Below are positions 59,436 to 64,000 of a stretch of 64,000 nucleotides of DNA, in pieces (position 1 is the stretch's first letter; the number at the start of each line of letters is the position of its first letter). The notes beneath the pieces are model-generated. The model was not told the origin of the DNA. It ran no database searches and saw only the letters and a program-made list of their open reading frames with translations. Source of the stretch: Parcubacteria group bacterium (GTDB lineage: Bacteria; Patescibacteriota; Minisyncoccia; Moranbacterales; UBA2206); the NCBI GenBank assembly GCA_041659505.1, contig JBAZYF010000002.1, forward strand, positions 115,966 to 179,965. The letters run 5' to 3'. Both the position numbers and the translations under genes were made by a program.

Positions 59436-60821
59436 CTAAACCTCCTTCCACAGCTTATTCCTCCATTCTAAATTCTGCCGGCACAAAAGCTCCTCGGCGC
59501 GCTCCGGTTCCGCCATCACTTCTTCCACAATTTTCTCCATCCGCATGCCTTGCGAACCTTTAACAAGAACAACATCACCCGGACGCAAAATTTCTTGCAA
59601 CTTCTTACCCGCTGACATTGGATCGGAAAAAGCGTAAATTTCTCCGGCAAATTCATGTTTATTTAGCTCGTCCACGGCAAATTGCATCCTTTTGCCCACC
59701 GCCAAAAAGATATCCCCGCCAACCTCCAAGAATTTTTTCGCCAACATCCGATGATCCTCTTCCGTACTTTTTCCCAATTCCAACATATCCCCTAACGCAA
59801 CAATCTTTCGCGCTTGGCACATCTCTCGCAAAACTTCCAGCGCCCCTTCAGCAGAAGCGAGCGAAGAATTATATGTATCATCAATGATGAAAGAATCTTT
59901 GATGCCTCGGATCAGATTCATCCGGCCAGACGGCAGGGAAAAATTCTCCAAGCTCTTTCCGATTTCTACCAGATTGAGACCTAATTCGATTCCGACGGAA
60001 ACTCCAGCCAGCGCCGCATAAATATTATGCTTGGCTAAAATATTATTCAGACGCAGTGGCATTGTTGTGCCCTTGTAATTCAGCTTGAAACTTAATCCGC
60101 TGATTGAAGACGCCCCGCCCTGGCGGGGTGTCTCTACAGCAGACATATCGTCATTTTGATTCAAAAAAACATCCAGCGCCCGCGCATCGGCATTCTCCTC
60201 AAATCCGAAGGAAAAAATCCGCGCGACTACGCCTGATTGGCGCGGATTCTCTTTCAGTTTTGCCAAATATTGATTGTCACTGTTTATGATTGCCACGTCC
60301 TTTTCTGAAAGTGCCTTTGCCAGCGTCGCCTTTTCTTTGAAAATGGCTTCGATGTTTTTGAAGTACTCCAAATGACTGGAGGAAATTTCGGTTATGACGG
60401 AGATATCCGGTTTGGCAAAATCAGTCAGATATTCCAGATCTCCCGGCCGATCCGCCCCCATCTCTAGGATTAAAATTTCCGGATACTTGGAAGGAAAAAT
60501 CCAAAGAAATAGCCAGCGCAAAATTACACCTAGCCATTTGAAAAATGATCGCTTCCCGCTTTCCACGCCGATAATCGTCAGCGGAACTCCGATTTCATTG
60601 TTGTAGTTTTTTTCACTTTTTCGCACACGAAAGTGATTAGAGATCACAGAAAATATCGCATCTTTGGCGGAAGTTTTTCCAATCGAACCAGTCACCGCAA
60701 TTATCCGCGGCTGATATTTTTTGAGGATTGCACTCGCCATAAACCGCAACAACTTTTCCAATTGCGTCTTTTTTCTGGTATCTTTTTCGCTGGAATTATT
60801 TTTTTTTGGTTTTTTGTCCAT
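59436..60821 (-). CDS. murF: UDP-N-acetylmuramoyl-tripeptide--D-alanyl-D-alanine ligase
   Basis: Mur ligase P-loop VTGSIGKTS; MurF-specific YNNEIGVPLT. Confidence 0.85.
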   Translation of the reverse strand: MDKKPKKNNSSEKDTRKKTQLEKLLRFMASAILKKYQPRIIAVTGSIGKTSAKDAIFSVISNHFRVRKSEKNYNNEIGVPLTIIGVESGKRSFFKWLGVILRWLFLWIFPSKYPEILILEMGADRPGDLEYLTDFAKPDISVITEISSSHLEYFKNIEAIFKEKATLAKALSEKDVAIINSDNQYLAKLKENPRQSGVVARIFSFGFEENADARALDVFLNQNDDMSAVETPRQGGASSISGLSFKLNYKGTTMPLRLNNILAKHNIYAALAGVSVGIELGLNLVEIGKSLENFSLPSGRMNLIRGIKDSFIIDDTYNSSLASAEGALEVLREMCQARKIVALGDMLELGKSTEEDHRMLAKKFLEVGGDIFLAVGKRMQFAVDELNKHEFAGEIYAFSDPMSAGKKLQEILRPGDVVLVKGSQGMRMEKIVEEVMAEPERAEELLCRQNLEWRNKLWKEV

Positions 60822-62730
60822 CTTGTTTATTATTTCCAGAAGTTAAAGTAACTGCAGGTACTGGTGCTGAAGGCTCAGCTTCTTCCAACTTTTGGTCTTG
60901 CTCATTTTTGATGAAAGAATTTTCCAAAGTATGCGTCTGATTAAACTTGTCCATATCTTTTTGCGAATATTCCTGGGTCGGCTCGATATGGTAATACTCA
61001 AGCAAAAATTTCATCAATTCTCCAAAAGTCGGCGCCGCGCTAGATTCCGCCCACTCCACCGCTTTCGGATCATCCAAACGGACCAGCATGGTAAATTTCG
61101 GATTATCCGTCGGAGCAAACCCCGCAAAAGACCCGATATTCATCCCGTCTTCATATCCTCCGCTTGGTCCGACCACCTGAGCTGTTCCGGTTTTTCCTCC
61201 CACCAGATAACCCGGAACATCCGCCTGTTTTCCATGTCCGTCCGTCACCACGCTGCGAAGCATCTGAGTAGTTTCATAGGCGCTCTGCTGAGAAATGACC
61301 CGACGGACTTCTTCAGGCGCTATTTGCGTCACACTGCCATCATCATGCATCACCTTATCAATAATCTGCGGTTTCAATAGTATCCCGTTGTTAGCAATCG
61401 CATTGTAAGCTGAAATTAATTGCAACGGGGTCACCGTAATGCCTTGTCCGAACGAAGCAGTGAAAAACTCGATGCTTCTTTTGGGATTTTTCAGATTAGT
61501 TAGATTGCCGGATACTTCGGCATAAATATCCGTTCCGGTCAGCGAACCAAAGCCGAATTTTTTGATATAATCGGCAAAAACCTGATTGCCCATCTGCTTT
61601 TGTGCAAAAATCACTCCAGTATTTAGAGATTTTTCCAATACTTGCGTCATCGTCTGCTTACCATTAGCTTTGAGATCGGAATTCTTGATCGCATACCCCG
61701 CTTCCGTGACAGTTCCCGTATCGACATAAGTCGTGTCAGGACTGATTTTTCCGTCATCAATAGCGGAGGCCAATGTAAAAGATTTGAATACACTGCCACA
61801 TTCGTATGGGTCACTCACCGCCAAATTTCGGAATGCTTCCATATCTTCCACCTTGGCATATTCGTTGGGATTGAATGTTGGAAAACTGGCCATGGAAATA
61901 ATCTTTCCCGTTTTTGATTCCATCACGATAATTGCTCCTCTTTTTGCCTCAAATTTTTTTACTGCCGCTGCTAACATTTTTTCTGTTTCGTACTGAACGC
62001 TATGATCGATCGTCAAGACCAGATCATTACCGTTCTTAGCATAAGCAATGTCCCGATCTCCTGTCGTGATCCACCGCCCAGAAGCATCCTTATTCTGGAA
62101 CAACTTTCCGCCTTCGCCTTTGAGTTCCGATTCGAAATATAGTTCACTGCCATATCTTCCTCCAAATTCATCATCCCTCCAGCCGACAAAACCTAAGACG
62201 TGCGAGGCCAATTCTCCGGCCGGATAATAGCGAAATTCTTCACTGGACAGATGGACACCCTTCAATCTTAAATCATTTAGAGCTTGGATCTCTTCATCGC
62301 TCAGTCGATGCTTCAAAACTTCATACATATCATCCTTGTCACTGAATTTACCAATCAATTCGTTCCGGTCAAGACCCAAAACGGCTGCCACCTTTTCACT
62401 GGCAGTGTCCACATCTTCAATTTCTTTCGGCACGGCATAGGCCATCTTAGTTTCTTTGTTGACCGCCACAGGATATAGCGCGTCTCGATCTTTGAGAAAA
62501 ATCTCTCCCCGCTCCGGAACCAATTTTCGAAAAAGAGAATGTTGATTGTCCGCCAAGGCAGTATAGTAACCGTAACTTTCGACCTGTAAGGAGTAGGCCC
62601 GGGAAATTACCAGGATTGTAATAATAACTATTAAAAAACCCAGAGCGTTTATTCTTGGATTTTTTAAATCTTTCCCAAGAGAGCACCGGGCACCGATTCC
62701 ATACTTCCTTTTCCTTTGCACATTGGCCAT
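60796..62730 (-). CDS. ftsI: Penicillin-binding protein 2 / FtsI-type transpeptidase
   Basis: N-terminal TM, SxxK (SVFK), SxN, KTG (GGKTGTAQ) motifs. Confidence 0.9.
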   Translation of the reverse strand: MANVQRKRKYGIGARCSLGKDLKNPRINALGFLIVIITILVISRAYSLQVESYGYYTALADNQHSLFRKLVPERGEIFLKDRDALYPVAVNKETKMAYAVPKEIEDVDTASEKVAAVLGLDRNELIGKFSDKDDMYEVLKHRLSDEEIQALNDLRLKGVHLSSEEFRYYPAGELASHVLGFVGWRDDEFGGRYGSELYFESELKGEGGKLFQNKDASGRWITTGDRDIAYAKNGNDLVLTIDHSVQYETEKMLAAAVKKFEAKRGAIIVMESKTGKIISMASFPTFNPNEYAKVEDMEAFRNLAVSDPYECGSVFKSFTLASAIDDGKISPDTTYVDTGTVTEAGYAIKNSDLKANGKQTMTQVLEKSLNTGVIFAQKQMGNQVFADYIKKFGFGSLTGTDIYAEVSGNLTNLKNPKRSIEFFTASFGQGITVTPLQLISAYNAIANNGILLKPQIIDKVMHDDGSVTQIAPEEVRRVISQQSAYETTQMLRSVVTDGHGKQADVPGYLVGGKTGTAQVVGPSGGYEDGMNIGSFAGFAPTDNPKFTMLVRLDDPKAVEWAESSAAPTFGELMKFLLEYYHIEPTQEYSQKDMDKFNQTHTLENSFIKNEQDQKLEEAEPSAPVPAVTLTSGNNKQDGQKTKKK

Positions 62731-62737
62731 CTTTATT

Positions 62738-63142
62738 TCATCTTAGTGCGACAGTATTATTGACTTCTAGATAACTGACATTAGCCGGACTAACCAGATT
62801 GAAATCAGCCGCGGATTTTTCAATCACATACATCGATCGCAGTTCCATCTCGCGGATCTGCATCTGCTTGTTCTCTTTTTCCAGCTCAGCAATCCTGTTT
62901 TCCAAATCGCGGATGTCATAGCCCTTGACTGCCAAATCATTGACCTGGAACAAATAATAGGCGCACGACAGAATCACGAAAAAAGCGACCATAAACCCAG
63001 CACTAGCCAGTCCGATCCGGATACTGCCCTTTTGCGCCGCAAAAGACGATGTCCGCGCAGACCTTTCTTCAAGCGGTTTTCCCAAGACTTTCTCGCGAGA
63101 AATTCTACTATTATGTTTATTGATAATAAGAATTTTTGCCAT
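62738..63142 (-). CDS. ftsL: Cell division protein FtsL/DivIC-like (TM + coiled coil)
   Basis: Position between rsmH and ftsI; single TM (IGLASAGFMVAFFVILSCAYYLF) then coiled coil; start at ATG 63142 preferred over track start 63223. Confidence 0.6.
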   Translation of the reverse strand: MAKILIINKHNSRISREKVLGKPLEERSARTSSFAAQKGSIRIGLASAGFMVAFFVILSCAYYLFQVNDLAVKGYDIRDLENRIAELEKENKQMQIREMELRSMYVIEKSAADFNLVSPANVSYLEVNNTVALR

Positions 63143-63154
63143 TTTTGTTTTTTT

Positions 63155-63278
63155 ATCCCCCACCACTTTTTTGCTTCTGGATCTATCTAGCCCAGAAATT
63201 GTTTTCCAGTTGTCCAAAAGCACGTACTACCATTTACTTTTTTACGCATGAAGTGCGAGCAAAAAAGTGGTGGGGGAT
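63155..63278 (-). promoter_or_regulatory. 21-bp perfect inverted repeat (arms 63155..63175 and 63258..63278) with 82-nt loop; 3' arm contains putative ftsL SD GGTGGGGGA
   Basis: Arms ATCCCCCACCACTTTTTTGCT / AGCAAAAAAGTGGTGGGGGAT are exact reverse complements. Confidence 0.45.
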
Positions 63279-63290
63279 GAATTTTTGATT

Positions 63291-64000
63291 TTATTTTCCA
63301 ATCTTCTCACAAACCCGCAGTTTCGCGCTCCGCGAACGTGGATTATTTTCCACCTCTTCCGGACCGGCCACAATTGGCTTTTTGGTGAGTATCTTTAAAT
63401 TTGCCAAATTGTCACAAAGACAGACGGGAAAATCTTGTGGACAAATGCATCCCCTAGCATTTTTCCGCAGATGTTCTTTCACGATTCTGTCTTCTAGCGA
63501 ATGGAAGGAAATTACCGCCAACCTTCCGTGGGGAGCGAGAGCTCCGATTGCCGAGTCCAAAAACTGATCAAGGCTATCCAATTCTTGATTAACTGCGATT
63601 CGGAGCGCCTGAAACGTTTTGGTCGCCGGACTGATCCGGCCATGTCGATATTTGTCTGACACGTGACTACCGATGATTGAAACCAACTCCCCGGTTTTTT
63701 CTATTTTTTGCTTTGCCCGATATTCAATAATTCCTTTTGCGATGCTTTTATAAAATTTTTCCTCTCCGTAGTCGCGAATGATTCTTTCCAAATCTTCCGG
63801 CGCATATTCGTTCAGTATTTTCTCCGCTGTCAGTTCCTGAGTCTGATCAAAGCGCATATCCAGTGGCGCGTCTAATTGCTGAAAACTAATCCCCCGCTTC
63901 GCGTCCTCCAATTGATCAGAAGAATAACCGATGTCCGCCAAAATCGCATCCGCTTTTTCAATTCCTATTGCCTGTAAAATATCTTTCAACCCAGAAAAAT
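63291..64000 (-). CDS. rsmH: 16S rRNA (cytosine1402-N4)-methyltransferase, N-terminus beyond window
   Basis: ISFHSLEDRIVK and DIGYSSDQLED motifs of RsmH/MraW; ~90 N-terminal residues missing. Confidence 0.9.
   Translation of the reverse strand, partial: FSGLKDILQAIGIEKADAILADIGYSSDQLEDAKRGISFQQLDAPLDMRFDQTQELTAEKILNEYAPEDLERIIRDYGEEKFYKSIAKGIIEYRAKQKIEKTGELVSIIGSHVSDKYRHGRISPATKTFQALRIAVNQELDSLDQFLDSAIGALAPHGRLAVISFHSLEDRIVKEHLRKNARGCICPQDFPVCLCDNLANLKILTKKPIVAGPEEVENNPRSRSAKLRVCEKIGK

Noticed and set aside
1-64000. Mobile elements / prophage / integrase
   Set aside because: No transposase, integrase, phage structural or tRNA-adjacent att-like features recognised; only non-autonomous hairpin repeats.

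Overview
This AT-rich bacterial window is densely coding and dominated by cell-envelope glycan biosynthesis. The architecture resembles a Candidate Phyla Radiation/Patescibacteria-like or other monoderm genome, but the taxon cannot be proven from sequence alone.

**Region ~4.3–23.4 kb.** A single minus-strand run of about 19 genes looks like a heavily decorated polysaccharide or glycoprotein-glycan locus. It holds eight or more glycosyltransferases (GT2 and GT4), three SAM methyltransferases, a B12-binding radical SAM enzyme, an AsnB-type amidotransferase, a hexapeptide acetyltransferase, Gmd and GalE. A Schlafen/AlbA_2-like ATP-binding regulator carrying a 12-bp in-frame tandem repeat is embedded in the locus.

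**Region 23.4–30 kb.** This encodes secreted right-handed beta-helix proteins and an FN3 protein. One beta-helix protein is fused to a lipase domain and is split by a frameshift at an A/T homopolymer. A UDP-xylose synthase sits among them.

**Region 30.7–36.8 kb.** This module resembles a protein O-glycosylation system. It has a TMTC/PMT-like GT-C membrane protein with TPR repeats, a GtrB/DPM1-like polyprenol-phosphate glycosyltransferase, a Wzx flippase and two UDP-sugar epimerases.

**Further GT-C-type giant membrane proteins.** Two tandem YfhO-like proteins lie at 1–4323. An ArnT-like protein lies at 43417–45222.

**Other envelope genes.** These are a DUF4012 protein, a TagO/WecA-like initiating transferase and a CesA-like processive GT2.

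**3' third of the window.** This carries a eukaryotic-type UDP-sugar pyrophosphorylase, speH, cysK and prfA-prmC. It ends with a truncated dcw segment on the minus strand (rsmH, ftsL, ftsI, murF, with no murE), closed by a terminator.

**Most notable non-coding signal.** A dispersed family of six same-orientation intergenic palindromic elements has the core GACTT(A/G)CGC...AAGTC. Two copies are expanded to ~140-nt hairpin elements with perfect or wobble-compatible 21-bp arms, consistent with a small-RNA or MITE-like family.

**Other unusual signals:**
- a GC-rich 190-nt leader upstream of the B12-radical SAM gene;
- a 21-bp inverted repeat that would sequester the ftsL ribosome-binding site;
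- a (TTCACTG)4 repeat inside prmC;
- a 30-aa Lys/Ala-rich small ORF;
- an 18-bp perfect palindrome (operator-like) at 43276.

No rRNA, tRNA, CRISPR array or transposase was recognised.
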